Below are positions 19,227 through 29,322 of a stretch of DNA of 64,000 bases, piece after piece. The notes below the pieces were generated by a model that did no database searches, was not told the origin of the DNA, and saw only the letters and a program-made list of their open reading frames with translations. The stretch covers positions 32,001 through 96,000 of the forward strand of contig JBHGBC010000003.1 of the NCBI GenBank assembly GCA_041946805.1, read 5' to 3'. The first letter of the stretch is position 1. Every line of letters begins with the position of its first letter. Both the position numbers and the translations under genes were made by a program. The DNA comes from a bacterium. GTDB taxonomy: Bacteria; Hinthialibacterota; Hinthialibacteria; Hinthialibacterales; Hinthialibacteraceae.

Positions 19227-20672
19227 TTATTTCAGAAATTCCGTCCGCACCCGGGTTTCCGGCGGCTCGGGTGTTTCCATGGCTCCCAAATCCAGATGGC
19301 CGTCCTCGGGACGTTTCTCCCGCTGTTGGTGAGGAACATATTGCCATTCGATGGGATGCTCCGCCCGCAGGGGATCCGGCAACTCCACCGCCTGGTCCAC
19401 GGCGGGAGAGTTCTCTTCGAGCCGGAAATCCTGTTCTTCCAGATTGATGAAACCAGGATTCGATCCCCGCAACAGGTTCGCGGTACCGCTGATCCGGCCC
19501 GCGAGTGCGTCATGCGTGGCCACCCATCCCGTTTTGATCCAATTGCGGCCCAGGTTCAGCGTGCCCGATTCATTCATCAGGGCCAGGCGGCCGCCACCGG
19601 CGGTCACATAGAGAATATTATTCCAGCATTCCGCCCGTTCGTCATTCGTTGACAACCGGAATAAGGTCGTATTGCCCTCCCGGGTGGACACCACGGTATT
19701 GTTATAAAAGTAGAGCGTCCCTTTCCGGTACCAGTCCGGCCGGCCCGAATCGCCGCCGTAATGGACGATCTGGCTGTTCCCCCCGCCCTCGTGCTCGATC
19801 AGGACATTGCCATACACATACGTGCTCCGGTACCGGGGATCAGAGCGCAGGTGTTCCGAGTCTTCCGCGTCCACCAGGTCCAGCTGGCGGTTGCCGTCCT
19901 CGATCCAGTTATAGCGGACGATCAGTCCCGCCGAGCGGTCCTTGAGATTGTTGCCCCCGCAGCCGGGACGCAGCCGGCCCAGGCGGTTGAATTGATAGAT
20001 CAGCCCCGCCGCCGCCGTGTAGGTGTTGTGCTGATAATAGCTGCCCTCGATGCCGTTGTCGTGAATGTAGCAGCCCTCGACCACTGCGTCCCTGGTTGCA
20101 GCCGCGATGAACAAACCGTTGCCGCAGTCGTGCAGAATGCAGTTACGGATGGTGATGAATTCGCCTTTTTCGATGAAGATCGCGGCCGCGTTATCGCTGT
20201 AGGTTGTCCGGCCGTCCCGCCCGGTGAATTCATAGGGAGGCCGTCCGCCGCGGATCTCCAGGTTTTCCACGGTGATGTACGCCGGGGTGGTGTCGGGCGG
20301 ACGATTGGCCCCGCCGATTTTGATCACGCCCCGGACTTCATTCCAATAATTGAGCTGCTTGCGGGTCACGGCGCCGCGGCCGTCGATCACCGGCAAAATC
20401 CCCTGGCCGTTGGGCACGCCGCGCACGTGGATGGGCTGATCCGGGGTTCCCCGCGCGCATAGGACAAACTTAGCCAAGTAGGGATTCTCCCGCCAGTGGA
20501 TGGTGACCGTATCCCCCGCTTGCAAGGCTTCCCACGGGACTTCCTCGATCTCCGCGCACGTCCTCCCCGGCCCCACGGTATATTCCACGGCGAAACCGGG
20601 GGGAGATAACCACAGGACGGACAGCCCCAGGCACACCCAAGCGGCTCGGTTCGGTAGATCTTTCGTAAGCAT
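19227..20672 (-). CDS. Secreted right-handed beta-helix protein (putative polysaccharide-active enzyme)
   Basis: Signal peptide ending in GFA, beta-helix turns 'IRNCILHDCGNG', and C-terminal 'DFRLEENSPAVD...DLGAME'. Confidence 0.82.
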   Translation of the reverse strand: MLTKDLPNRAAWVCLGLSVLWLSPPGFAVEYTVGPGRTCAEIEEVPWEALQAGDTVTIHWRENPYLAKFVLCARGTPDQPIHVRGVPNGQGILPVIDGRGAVTRKQLNYWNEVRGVIKIGGANRPPDTTPAYITVENLEIRGGRPPYEFTGRDGRTTYSDNAAAIFIEKGEFITIRNCILHDCGNGLFIAAATRDAVVEGCYIHDNGIEGSYYQHNTYTAAAGLIYQFNRLGRLRPGCGGNNLKDRSAGLIVRYNWIEDGNRQLDLVDAEDSEHLRSDPRYRSTYVYGNVLIEHEGGGNSQIVHYGGDSGRPDWYRKGTLYFYNNTVVSTREGNTTLFRLSTNDERAECWNNILYVTAGGGRLALMNESGTLNLGRNWIKTGWVATHDALAGRISGTANLLRGSNPGFINLEEQDFRLEENSPAVDQAVELPDPLRAEHPIEWQYVPHQQREKRPEDGHLDLGAMETPEPPETRVRTEFLK

Positions 20673-20810
20673 AATTCACCGGAATTCAGGATTGGGATGC
20701 ACGCGCCCACGGCGCGCCCGAAGCCAGCCCCGGGCAACGCCCTAGGAAATGAACGATTCAAGCAACACTTCCCTCTCCCTCTGGGAGAGGGTCAGGGTGA
20801 GGGTAAGCCT
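20648..20810 (-). mobile_element. Composite MITE-like element (type-B end) overlapping the start of CDS 19227-20672
   Basis: The reverse complement aligns with 47145-47215 (TGCATC...TGAATT.C.GTGAAT...TTACGAAA...GAACC). Confidence 0.6.
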
Positions 20811-20933
20811 TTTCAGCACGCCACAGCTCCCCGGATTTCAGATCCCACCTCGCGCAACCTACGGAATCCCCTTCGGGGGACGGCATTGCACCAGCATCTG
20901 TTCCGCCGGTTTGCGCGGGCTGGCCAGGTTGGA

Positions 20934-22265
20934 TCAGACCACGTCCTCTTTCCCGGCGTCCCAGCGCACTTGGCGTTTTTCCTTGAGCGAAGTGACCGCC
21001 ATGACCAGCGTCGCCGCCTCGATGAAAGCTTCGTCCTCGTTGCATTTGGGCTTCTGCCGGCTGCGCACGCAGTTGAAGAAATCCTCCATGTGGCTGGGCA
21101 CCTGCGGCGCTTTCGCGGGATCGAACTTCTCAAACGGTTGGCCCGGTTTGTACTTCCCGGATTCGAGTTCGGCCTTGTACTTGCCCGAGCGGCCATCGAC
21201 GGTGATGTCGTACGTGCCGACCGACTGGGCGATGGAATCGAAGCGCAGCATGGCTTCCTTGCCCCGGAACTCGGGCGGCTGCACGAAGGAGGAATTCATG
21301 CTGCAATCGAAGGTCACGTTGCAGCCCTTCTTTTCATAGCCGTACACCGTGCTCCAGGTGTCGGGCACTTCGCGGCCGTCTTGCAGCAGGATGTTCTGCG
21401 CCGACGTGAAGCAGGTGTCGGGAATCCCCAGCCGCAGCACCGACTGCACGAAGTCGACTTCATGCGAGAGCAAATCGCCCGCCACGCCGGTCCCATAATT
21501 CCAATAGCAGCGCCAATGCCAGAAATGCTCCATACTGAAGGGAACCTTGGGCGCGGGCCCCAGCCAACGGTCCCAATCCAGGTCCTTCACCACCTGGGCC
21601 GGATCAGGCCGTTCGAAGTAGTTATACCAGCCGTACCAGCGCCAGATGGCTTCGCCCTTGGGGCCGTTCTCGAAACGCCCCGTCCGCACCAGGCTCACGG
21701 GACCGAGAATCCCCTCCGCGATCTTCTGCGCCGCCACGATGCCCGCCACCTGCGCCCGGCTTTGATGCCCGAGTTGCATCACGATGTTGTTTTTTTTCAC
21801 GGCTTCGCGCATGGCCTTGGCTTCGGGGATCGTCCGCGTCCAGCCTTTTTCAATGTAGATGTCCTTGCCCGCGTTGGCGGCGTCGATCAGCATCTTCGAG
21901 TGCCAATGGTCGGGCGTGGCGATCACCAGCGCGTCCACATTGGGATCGGCCAGCAGGTCCTGGTAATCCACGTAGGTTTTGGCCTTGGGATTCATACCGC
22001 GCTGGAGGCCCTTTTCGAGATGCGGTTTATACACATCGCAAACCGCCGTCACCAGGGTGCCTTTGATCCCGCCGCCCAGCTGCCGCCCGGCGACTTCGGG
22101 GATCAGCGATCCACCCCGCACGCCCAGCCCGACGTGCCCCACGCCGATGGTGTCGTTGGGCGAGCGCGAGGCCAGCACCGCCGGCGCTCCCGCCTGCAGG
22201 GCCGCCACCGCCGCCCCGGTGGTTCCCAAAAATTTTCTCCGTGTGACCTGAGTTTTCGTTTCCAT
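20934..22265 (-). CDS. Tat-exported Gfo/Idh/MocA oxidoreductase
   Basis: TRRKFL leader, 'VGLGVRG', 'IATPDHWH' and 'GKDIYIEK'. Confidence 0.9.
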   Translation of the reverse strand: METKTQVTRRKFLGTTGAAVAALQAGAPAVLASRSPNDTIGVGHVGLGVRGGSLIPEVAGRQLGGGIKGTLVTAVCDVYKPHLEKGLQRGMNPKAKTYVDYQDLLADPNVDALVIATPDHWHSKMLIDAANAGKDIYIEKGWTRTIPEAKAMREAVKKNNIVMQLGHQSRAQVAGIVAAQKIAEGILGPVSLVRTGRFENGPKGEAIWRWYGWYNYFERPDPAQVVKDLDWDRWLGPAPKVPFSMEHFWHWRCYWNYGTGVAGDLLSHEVDFVQSVLRLGIPDTCFTSAQNILLQDGREVPDTWSTVYGYEKKGCNVTFDCSMNSSFVQPPEFRGKEAMLRFDSIAQSVGTYDITVDGRSGKYKAELESGKYKPGQPFEKFDPAKAPQVPSHMEDFFNCVRSRQKPKCNEDEAFIEAATLVMAVTSLKEKRQVRWDAGKEDVV

Positions 22266-22341
22266 GAGAGACTCCGATCGTTGAAAATAATATTAATTAG
22301 ATGTGCGTAAATTGCTGGTTTTCGCCCGGGAGAGGCGATTT

Positions 22342-22415
22342 GATGGGTTACGCGCTACGCGCTAACCCATCCTACAGATCTGTTGTAGTAGGGGCACGTT
22401 GCAACGTGCCCCTAC
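22342..22415. repeat. GTAGGATGG-type REP plus perfect GTAGGGGCACGTTGCAACGTGCCCCTAC
   Basis: Copies at 22342-22375 and 22388-22415. Confidence 0.8.
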
Positions 22416-22541
22416 CTTACGATCCTTTTCCCCTGTGATCCTACCATTTCACCCCAGTCCCGTATAGACATTCCCGTATAGACATCACGTTTCGTCTCCG
22501 AATCGCCGAATCTCTTCCTCGGTCCTCCGGTTCCGGATAGG

Positions 22542-23327
22542 ATGATCCTCGATCCTATCAAACATCAGCACACGCAAAACATGGACGATCCGAGAGCCAT
22601 CAAGGAACAGAAGCATTTCGACCAGCTCGCCCGCGAAACCGGCGAAGTCTGGTGGGGCGGCACCACGCCCGCCGGGCAGTCGCGCAAGCGCCGCCGCGCC
22701 GAGCTGATCTGCACGGCCCTCGCGCGCTACACCAATCCTCTGGTGATCGAGCTGGGCTGCGGCACCGGCGCTTTGACGAAACACTTACTCGATCTTCACC
22801 CTGGCTTGCGCCTGCTGGGGCTGGATGTCTCGCCCATTTGCGTGCAACAAGCCATCGAACGCTTTCAGGATTACCCCAACGCGTTGTTCGAAGTGGGCAA
22901 TGCTTACGAACTCCCCCTGCGGGACGGTATCGCCGACGCCATGGCGGGCGCCTCGGTGATTCATCACCTGGACGTGCAACGCGCCTTGAGGGAATGCTTC
23001 CGGGTGCTCAAACCCGGGGGGCTGCTGTGGTTCTCCGAGCCAAACATGATGAATCCCCAGGTGGCCATCGAGAAGAACATCCGCGCCATCGGGGCCTGGC
23101 TGCAAAATTCCGAGGACGAGACCGCCTTTTTCCGCTGGTCTCTGGCCAAACAACTGCGCGAGGCCGATTTCACGGATGTGCGTGTCCGCCCCTACGACTT
23201 CATGCACCCCTTGATCCCCCAATCCCTGATCCCCTGGGCCGACCGTGTGGGACGTTTTTTAGAATCAGTCCCCCTCATCCGGGAAGTGTCCGGCTCCCTC
23301 CAGGTCCAGGCGCGGAAACCATCATGA
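22542..23327 (+). CDS. Class I SAM-dependent methyltransferase
   Basis: 'ELGCGTG', 'GLDVS' and 'RVLKPGG'; the start could instead be 22581. Confidence 0.85.
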   Translation: MILDPIKHQHTQNMDDPRAIKEQKHFDQLARETGEVWWGGTTPAGQSRKRRRAELICTALARYTNPLVIELGCGTGALTKHLLDLHPGLRLLGLDVSPICVQQAIERFQDYPNALFEVGNAYELPLRDGIADAMAGASVIHHLDVQRALRECFRVLKPGGLLWFSEPNMMNPQVAIEKNIRAIGAWLQNSEDETAFFRWSLAKQLREADFTDVRVRPYDFMHPLIPQSLIPWADRVGRFLESVPLIREVSGSLQVQARKPS

Positions 23328-25279
23328 ATGCCTCCCGCTGCCCTGATTCCACCAATGTTTTTGCCATGCCGATTTTCCTGTTCGTTCTCGTCTGGTGGAT
23401 GAATTTTTTCCTCTATCCTCTCTGGTACCTGCCGGGAACCACCCAAAACCGCGCCATTGCGCTATGCGTGATCTTCGCCATCTTCACCGCCCTCTCCCTT
23501 TTGTTTCGTTGGCTCGGATCGTTCCAGTTTGAAAATATAACACATCCTCACGAGCCCACCGGCGATGGCGCTTTCTTTGTCCTTCTCTTCGGCGCCGCGT
23601 TTGTTCTGCATATTCCCTTTTTGAATTTACCCATCCTGACGGGCCTGGACACCATCGACCATGCGGCGGTGCCGGGCGTGGTGGCGCACCGGGTGGTCAA
23701 GGCCCTGTCGGACGCGGCGGGATTGACCATGCAGCCGGTGTTGACGCTGGGTTTTATCGGCGCCATCGCGGTTTGGATTCTCATGCCGGCTTTTCGATAC
23801 CGGTCAATCCAACGAGTTCAATCAATCGCCGATTGGGCAGCCACTCACCTGTTCCTCACTCTGTTGATCCTGGCGGGGGTAACGGCGGGCTATGCCGCGG
23901 TGCTGCTCCAAACCGAATTTCCCGAGCGCTTCGGCGATCTGCAGACCCTTTTCCGTTATCAACCCTTGTCCAAGCTGATCCTCACCCCGCTCTACCTATT
24001 TCTCGGATTGCACGAATGGATCGGCCGGACCGTGCAGATCCTCTTCACCTTCGGCGGGGCGTGGTATCTCTACCGCCTGGCCCGGCTTTTTGGCGGCGAA
24101 TGGGGGTCGCGGTGCGCGGCGGTGGAGTTTGTTTTCCTGCCGCCGGTTTTCCATTACGGCAACACGCACATGATCGAAGGCGGGATTTTATTCTTCATCT
24201 CCGCCGCCTTCTTCTATTGGATCCGCTTTGTTGAACGGAAATATCAACTCGATTTGCTCCTGGGGACCCTGTGCGCCACATGGGCGTGCCTCTACAAGCA
24301 TACCGCCGTGAGCCTCATGCCCGCCTTCGCCTTCATGGCCGCGTATGATTTCTGCTTTCCCAAGCATTCGCGTACGATTGCCCATCTGTTTGCCTCGTTC
24401 ATCGCCTGCGTGATTCCCGGCGTCACGCTGGTGCTCTACATGCAACTCGCGGGATTCAATTCGGATATGCCCTCTACCCTCGTTTTCCCCACTCCCGCCC
24501 GGCTGTTGGGCAACTTGGCGGCCATCCCCGCGGGCGTCACCTGGCCCATCGCCCTGCTTTTTCTGGCGGGGATCATCGTGTTGCCGTTTCGCCCCAACCG
24601 GCGGCCGTTCTGGATTCTCACGGGATGGATCGGCGCGCATTGGGTGCTGACCAGCATGTCCGCCGCCGCCGGCAATGTGCGCCAAGCCCTGCCTTATTAC
24701 GTGGGATTGATCGTGATCTCCGCCTGGGCCTGGGATGGCTGGTTCAGCGGCCGGAGCCGGATCCCCCAACGCGTTGCCCTGGCCGTCTTGTCCGTGTTTT
24801 TGCTCGGGACCTGCCTCTTCGCGGACCGGCATCCGGATTTCCGCCACGTGGGCCGCGCCATGGGCGATCGGTCGTACATCAATTATTCCAACTGGGATGA
24901 ATGCTACCTGCCTTATCCGGAACTGGTGATCGATCTAAGCCGGGACACCACCGCGGGCGATGTCATCTACGCCCCCATGGCCAACGAGCCGGTCTTCTTC
25001 TACCTGGCGAAATACAATCTGGATGACCGAACCTACCGGCGGGATCCGTTCTGGAACGGACCAACGCCTCTCACTCCCACCATGGTCATGGACAAGGCCC
25101 GCGTCCTGGGCGCGAAGTGGCTGGTCCTGCCCCGGGGCCGGTGGCTGTATCCCTACGTGGAGCCGGAGTTCCTCGAGACGTTTTTCACCACTCCGCCTCC
25201 CGGCCTGCGGCCCGTAAAAGTCCTCACCCTTGGAAAAGAGCAACTGGGATTGTGGAGAATCGAGCATGACGCGTCATGA
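23324..25279 (+). CDS. Polytopic GT-C fold glycosyltransferase (ArnT/PMT_2-like)
   Basis: ATGA overlap with the upstream methyltransferase, more than 10 TM segments, 'YQPLSKL...GLHEWIGR' and 'LYKH'. Confidence 0.7.
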   Translation: MNASRCPDSTNVFAMPIFLFVLVWWMNFFLYPLWYLPGTTQNRAIALCVIFAIFTALSLLFRWLGSFQFENITHPHEPTGDGAFFVLLFGAAFVLHIPFLNLPILTGLDTIDHAAVPGVVAHRVVKALSDAAGLTMQPVLTLGFIGAIAVWILMPAFRYRSIQRVQSIADWAATHLFLTLLILAGVTAGYAAVLLQTEFPERFGDLQTLFRYQPLSKLILTPLYLFLGLHEWIGRTVQILFTFGGAWYLYRLARLFGGEWGSRCAAVEFVFLPPVFHYGNTHMIEGGILFFISAAFFYWIRFVERKYQLDLLLGTLCATWACLYKHTAVSLMPAFAFMAAYDFCFPKHSRTIAHLFASFIACVIPGVTLVLYMQLAGFNSDMPSTLVFPTPARLLGNLAAIPAGVTWPIALLFLAGIIVLPFRPNRRPFWILTGWIGAHWVLTSMSAAAGNVRQALPYYVGLIVISAWAWDGWFSGRSRIPQRVALAVLSVFLLGTCLFADRHPDFRHVGRAMGDRSYINYSNWDECYLPYPELVIDLSRDTTAGDVIYAPMANEPVFFYLAKYNLDDRTYRRDPFWNGPTPLTPTMVMDKARVLGAKWLVLPRGRWLYPYVEPEFLETFFTTPPPGLRPVKVLTLGKEQLGLWRIEHDAS

Positions 25280-25303
25280 GGAGACTCAAAACATGACGAT
25301 CCC

Positions 25304-25331
25304 GTAGGGGCACGTTGCAACGTGCCCCTAT
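25304..25331. repeat. GTAGGGGCACGTTGCAACGTGCCCCTA REP-like palindrome
   Basis: Lies between convergent genes. Confidence 0.8.
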
Positions 25332-25382
25332 TATTCTTTTATTTTTTGCCGATTCATGAAATGCACTACACGGGATGGAATT

Positions 25383-27473
25383 TCACGCCCCGGCGGCGCC
25401 CCAGGGATCGACGATCCGCAGTTTTTTCGATTCCAACTCCCGGTAGCAATCCGGCAGGTCGAACGCGGCCAGGACGTTCGGCAACAGGCACGACAGCGGC
25501 CACTTGTAGGATTCGGTCTCGGCGATATCGGTATAGGAGGTCAACGCGTTCTTCAACGTCACCTGGACCACCCGCTCCGACAGCAGCGCGGCCAACGTGG
25601 CGGGGATCGCCCCCCAACCCGCGGCCGCCAGGTGGACCTCGGTGTAGCCATTATCGGCCAGCCAATCCAGAACGCGCAGAATATCAAAGGTCTTCTGGCC
25701 CACGTAAGGCCGGTCCAGCATCAGCGAATGGACCGCGTAGAAATAATCCGGCCCGTAGGGATCCCGGAAATCAGCGCCGCAGGTGTTGGGCAGCGACTCG
25801 CCGATGCCCCGCGGGTCGCAGGCGAAGAATGGCGCCGGCGCTTCATCCTGGATCAGTTGCCCGATCCATTTTTCCTCCCGCAATTCGGCGTCGCTGGACA
25901 GGTGGGGAACATACAACACCGCGCGGGCGCCGATTTTCGGGGACCGGGACATCCAGGATTCGTCCGACAAGTAATACACCACGGACCAGATCTTCGGTTC
26001 GGTTTCCACCGCGTAGGTCAGGGCGCGGTTTTTCGGATAGCCGCGGTCCGGCAGGGGACGCAGGATCCGGTAGTCAGGAGCGCTGGCGCGTTCGGGCATC
26101 TTCAAGATATCCAGCACCGCGCGCCGCAGCGCCTCGCCAGATTTCTTCTCCCGCGTCCGGGCCAGGGCCTGGGATTTTTCCCGAGTGAAATAAAACACGG
26201 TACGGGACGACAAATTGGCCACCTGGCCGCCGGGCGCGCACCACAAGGTTTGATCGTCCTCGATAACCAATTCGGGCTCGGTGGCGGCCTGGGAAACGTG
26301 GGTCACATCATTGAACCAACGGTACATGGCCTCGCGCAGTTCTGGGGAATAGCCGTGATACCCGGGGCCGATACAGATCCCGATGTGCTGTTCGGCCTCC
26401 AACAAACCGTACAAGCGGCGCAGGCGGGCATACGCTTCGTTCAAGCCGCGCACATCGAAGAAGTCTTTTTCCTGGCCGAGCAAAATCACCGGCTTGGGAG
26501 CCATGGCGGCGATGAAATCGTCATGGTCGAGTTCCAGCGCCAGGGCTTTCGGCGGGCATTGCTCGATGTCGGCGGGCAGTTCGTTCTCCAGGTTGCGGCG
26601 GAATGTCATCACGAAACAGCTGGGCGCGGCCATGGCCCAGCGCGATTCCACGCCGCACAGCCAGGTGGTCATCGTGCCGCCGCCCGAATTGCCGGTCACG
26701 CCCACGAAGCGGGAATCCACCTCACTCCGGGTCAGCAAATAATCCAGCGCCCGGATGCCGTCCCACGCCCGCCACGCGCCGAAAAATTCCCCCACGAGGG
26801 ATTGCTGGTTTCCGGCGTACAGGTGTTCGCTGACTCCGATCCCCACGCGGGAACCGCCCTTCCCGTCCGGGTATTGCAGCCGCTCGCCCTGGCCGATGGG
26901 ATCGAAAATAAGCACCGCGTAGCCCAGCCGGGCCAGCCCCTGCGCGAATCCTTGATATTCCTTGTAGGCCTTGCCGTTGCTCGAATGGCCGCAGACGCCC
27001 ACGACACCGGGCGCGGGAGCCGTCCGTCCCTTGGGCAGATAGAGATTGGCGGTCACCAAAAAGCCGGGCCGGCTTTCGAAGATGACTTTTTCGATGGCAT
27101 AGGCGCCGCGTTCGACCACGCCCGTGATCCGGGGATTGAGCGGCGTCTTCTCCGGAAACGGTCCGAAGCAGGCTTGGATCTTCTCCCGGACGGCCGCGAT
27201 ATAGGCTTCCGCCTCGGCCTTCGTTTGCAGGACGTTTTTGCGCGCGAGGGATCGTTGCTCCACCTGCCGGACCTGGTCCGTGTAGTATTCCTGCAGCAGG
27301 CGGGGAAAGCGGTTCAACGGCGCCAGCGCGGGCGTTTCTCCGCTTTCCGCGGCCGCCTGAACCCCGGCGGTCTGGATCGACGCGGCCGCCATCCAGCCGA
27401 ATGTTCCAAGCCCCGCGATCTGGAAGATTTCACGCCGGTTCAAGGATGGATCATTACGAGTTGTTTCGTTCAT
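25383..27473 (-). CDS. Tat-exported two-domain alpha/beta hydrolase (acetylxylan esterase-like)
   Basis: NRREIF leader, 'VTANLYLP', 'DPIGQGER', nucleophile motif 'GNSGGG', and a second degenerate domain 'DPRGIGE'. Confidence 0.85.
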   Translation of the reverse strand: MNETTRNDPSLNRREIFQIAGLGTFGWMAAASIQTAGVQAAAESGETPALAPLNRFPRLLQEYYTDQVRQVEQRSLARKNVLQTKAEAEAYIAAVREKIQACFGPFPEKTPLNPRITGVVERGAYAIEKVIFESRPGFLVTANLYLPKGRTAPAPGVVGVCGHSSNGKAYKEYQGFAQGLARLGYAVLIFDPIGQGERLQYPDGKGGSRVGIGVSEHLYAGNQQSLVGEFFGAWRAWDGIRALDYLLTRSEVDSRFVGVTGNSGGGTMTTWLCGVESRWAMAAPSCFVMTFRRNLENELPADIEQCPPKALALELDHDDFIAAMAPKPVILLGQEKDFFDVRGLNEAYARLRRLYGLLEAEQHIGICIGPGYHGYSPELREAMYRWFNDVTHVSQAATEPELVIEDDQTLWCAPGGQVANLSSRTVFYFTREKSQALARTREKKSGEALRRAVLDILKMPERASAPDYRILRPLPDRGYPKNRALTYAVETEPKIWSVVYYLSDESWMSRSPKIGARAVLYVPHLSSDAELREEKWIGQLIQDEAPAPFFACDPRGIGESLPNTCGADFRDPYGPDYFYAVHSLMLDRPYVGQKTFDILRVLDWLADNGYTEVHLAAAGWGAIPATLAALLSERVVQVTLKNALTSYTDIAETESYKWPLSCLLPNVLAAFDLPDCYRELESKKLRIVDPWGAAGA

Positions 27474-27504
27474 GATAGGACAATCTCCTGTATGAACAAA
27501 TAGG

Positions 27505-27694
27505 GTAACTGTTTACTCAATCGCAGAGAAAACATGAATTCCGCCCTAGCAGGGCTTCCCTCACCCTCACCCTCTCCCAGAGGGAGAGGGAATTATTCTT
27601 TTGGTCATCCTTTTCCCAGGGCTTACGCCCTGGGCTCTACTCAAACCGCGCCATTGGCGCTCAATAGCCGCGCTGCAAACCGGCAAACAGTTCC
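27505..27694 (+). mobile_element. Composite MITE-like element, complete, with type-A ends
   Basis: GTAACTGTTT ... AAACAGTTCC flanking four palindromic modules. Confidence 0.7.
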
Positions 27695-27929
27695 CAAATA
27701 GGATTCATTGGATTTGTGGATTCGTCTTTTTTTCATGTAATCCAAATTGTCACCAAGATCCGTTCTTATGAATTTCCCTCACCCTGCCCTCTCCCAGAGG
27801 GAGAGGGGGATGATTACCTTCTTTTCTGCAATCCCCGGGCATTTGGATGGCATATACGCGTGATAGTCATTGAGAATCTAGATGCCTACGGACGCTTGCG
27901 GCCATTTCCCGGCGCTCGAATTGAGAGGC

Positions 27930-29018
27930 TCAGACCTTGAAAAATATCTTGTGCTTATAGAAGACATACAGGACATACCACTGCGCGCCCAGGACCAGGA
28001 ACGACTGCAACACGCTGCCATACGCTCCCAGCGCCTCGATCAGCGGGCGGGAGAATACCAGGATGGAACCGTCGATCCAGCCACGGAACAATTGGAAAAT
28101 GATGTACGCGGTGATCGAGTTCATCCCCACCACAACTAACACGAAGGTCCATTTCCGGAAGTTCAGGACTTCGACGACCCAGTAAAACAATAGCAGAAAC
28201 AGAATCGCCCAGCCGGTCGAGTACAGCGCGAACGAGGCGGACAAAATGCGCTTGATGATCGGGATCTGGTAACTCAGCAGCCAGCCGGCGGCCATCAAGA
28301 CGGCTGCCGCCAGGGCCAGGATCTTCATGGTTTCGCCGGACGGCCGGTTTTCGGCCAGCAGCCGCCCGCACATCGCCCCCGCGATGATCTGCGAGGTGGA
28401 GGGAATCGCGTTCAACGAAACCCAATATCCCGCGTTATAATGTCCCATCAGCCATAATTCGAAATCAGAACCCATGTTGACGTTGCCCATCGCCCACGGC
28501 CCGTCTGGACCATTTCCGGGATACAAAATCCAAACGATGGTATAGACAACCAGGATTACCAGGGTGGTGACGCCCTGGATCCAATAACTCCGGTGCAACA
28601 CAAAAAAGGTCAGGAGATAGCCGATCGCGATTTGAGGCAGGACATTGACGAGGCTGAAGGAGGGGTATCCTTCCTGGATCGAGCAGAAAATCGCGGTGAC
28701 CAAGCACAAATTCACGGCGCGCCGCACGGCATGCCATACGATGCGCCCATGGGATTCCCCCAACGACACGCGCCGCGCGTAGGCGAACGGCAACGAGACG
28801 CCGGCCATGAACATGAACGCGGGCTGGATCAGATCCCAATAAACACATCCGCTCCAGGGAACATGTTCGGTGTGCCGGGCCAGGAAATCCAAATACGGAT
28901 GCCCGGCGAACGCGGAAAATCCGAATCCCACTGAAATCAGTGATATCATGATCGCTCCGCGGTACGCGTCCAACGACACCAGACGCTGCGCGGCCTTGAC
29001 CGGCTGGACTTCGTTCAT
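27930..29018 (-). CDS. HGSNAT/DUF5009-like membrane acyltransferase
   Basis: 'RLVSLDAYRG', 'WDLIQPAFMFMAG', 'PIIKRI' and 'VVGMNSI'. Confidence 0.85.
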   Translation of the reverse strand: MNEVQPVKAAQRLVSLDAYRGAIMISLISVGFGFSAFAGHPYLDFLARHTEHVPWSGCVYWDLIQPAFMFMAGVSLPFAYARRVSLGESHGRIVWHAVRRAVNLCLVTAIFCSIQEGYPSFSLVNVLPQIAIGYLLTFFVLHRSYWIQGVTTLVILVVYTIVWILYPGNGPDGPWAMGNVNMGSDFELWLMGHYNAGYWVSLNAIPSTSQIIAGAMCGRLLAENRPSGETMKILALAAAVLMAAGWLLSYQIPIIKRILSASFALYSTGWAILFLLLFYWVVEVLNFRKWTFVLVVVGMNSITAYIIFQLFRGWIDGSILVFSRPLIEALGAYGSVLQSFLVLGAQWYVLYVFYKHKIFFKV

Positions 29019-29322
29019 GGCGGCCTCCCCAAGGTATGTGATTCAAGAAGCTTCATCACGCTATCATAAAGAAATCCCGGTCAACAGGTGAGGCAGGCTG
29101 CTTGCTAAGTCCTTCCAGTTCATTTCGCCATTATTGTTCATTGCAGATTCCTCCCCCCAGGCCTGAGGAAGGGATTGAAAACGAGAGGGGCACATGGCCT
29201 CATGCCCCGTCCATCACAAACAACCAGCCCATTCCATCTCCGGTATTTGCCCACCCCCGCTTGCCATCGTACCGGCGAATCAGTTACCATGCTGTACCTT
29301 GAATCGCCTAGGGAGAGCCATC

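Noticed and set aside
22652..23323. N-terminal 224 aa of the 875-aa ORF
   Set aside because: Overlaps the methyltransferase in another frame and is Arg-rich nonsense; the real start is the coupled ATG at 23324.
6222..25331. 28-bp palindromic repeats as a possible CRISPR array
   Set aside because: Copies are dispersed kilobases apart, have no regular spacers, and no cas genes are present.
25356..27503. Long antisense ORFs (715 aa here; also 2678-4312, 13482-15023, 20697-22310, 49495-51099, 58050-59405)
   Set aside because: Each mirrors a well-supported gene on the other strand, as expected from high-GC codon bias.
29091..29106. AGGCAGGCTGCTTGCT as a sigma-54 promoter
   Set aside because: Spacing is right, but the -24 element is weak and it lies over 200 bp from the next start; likely chance.
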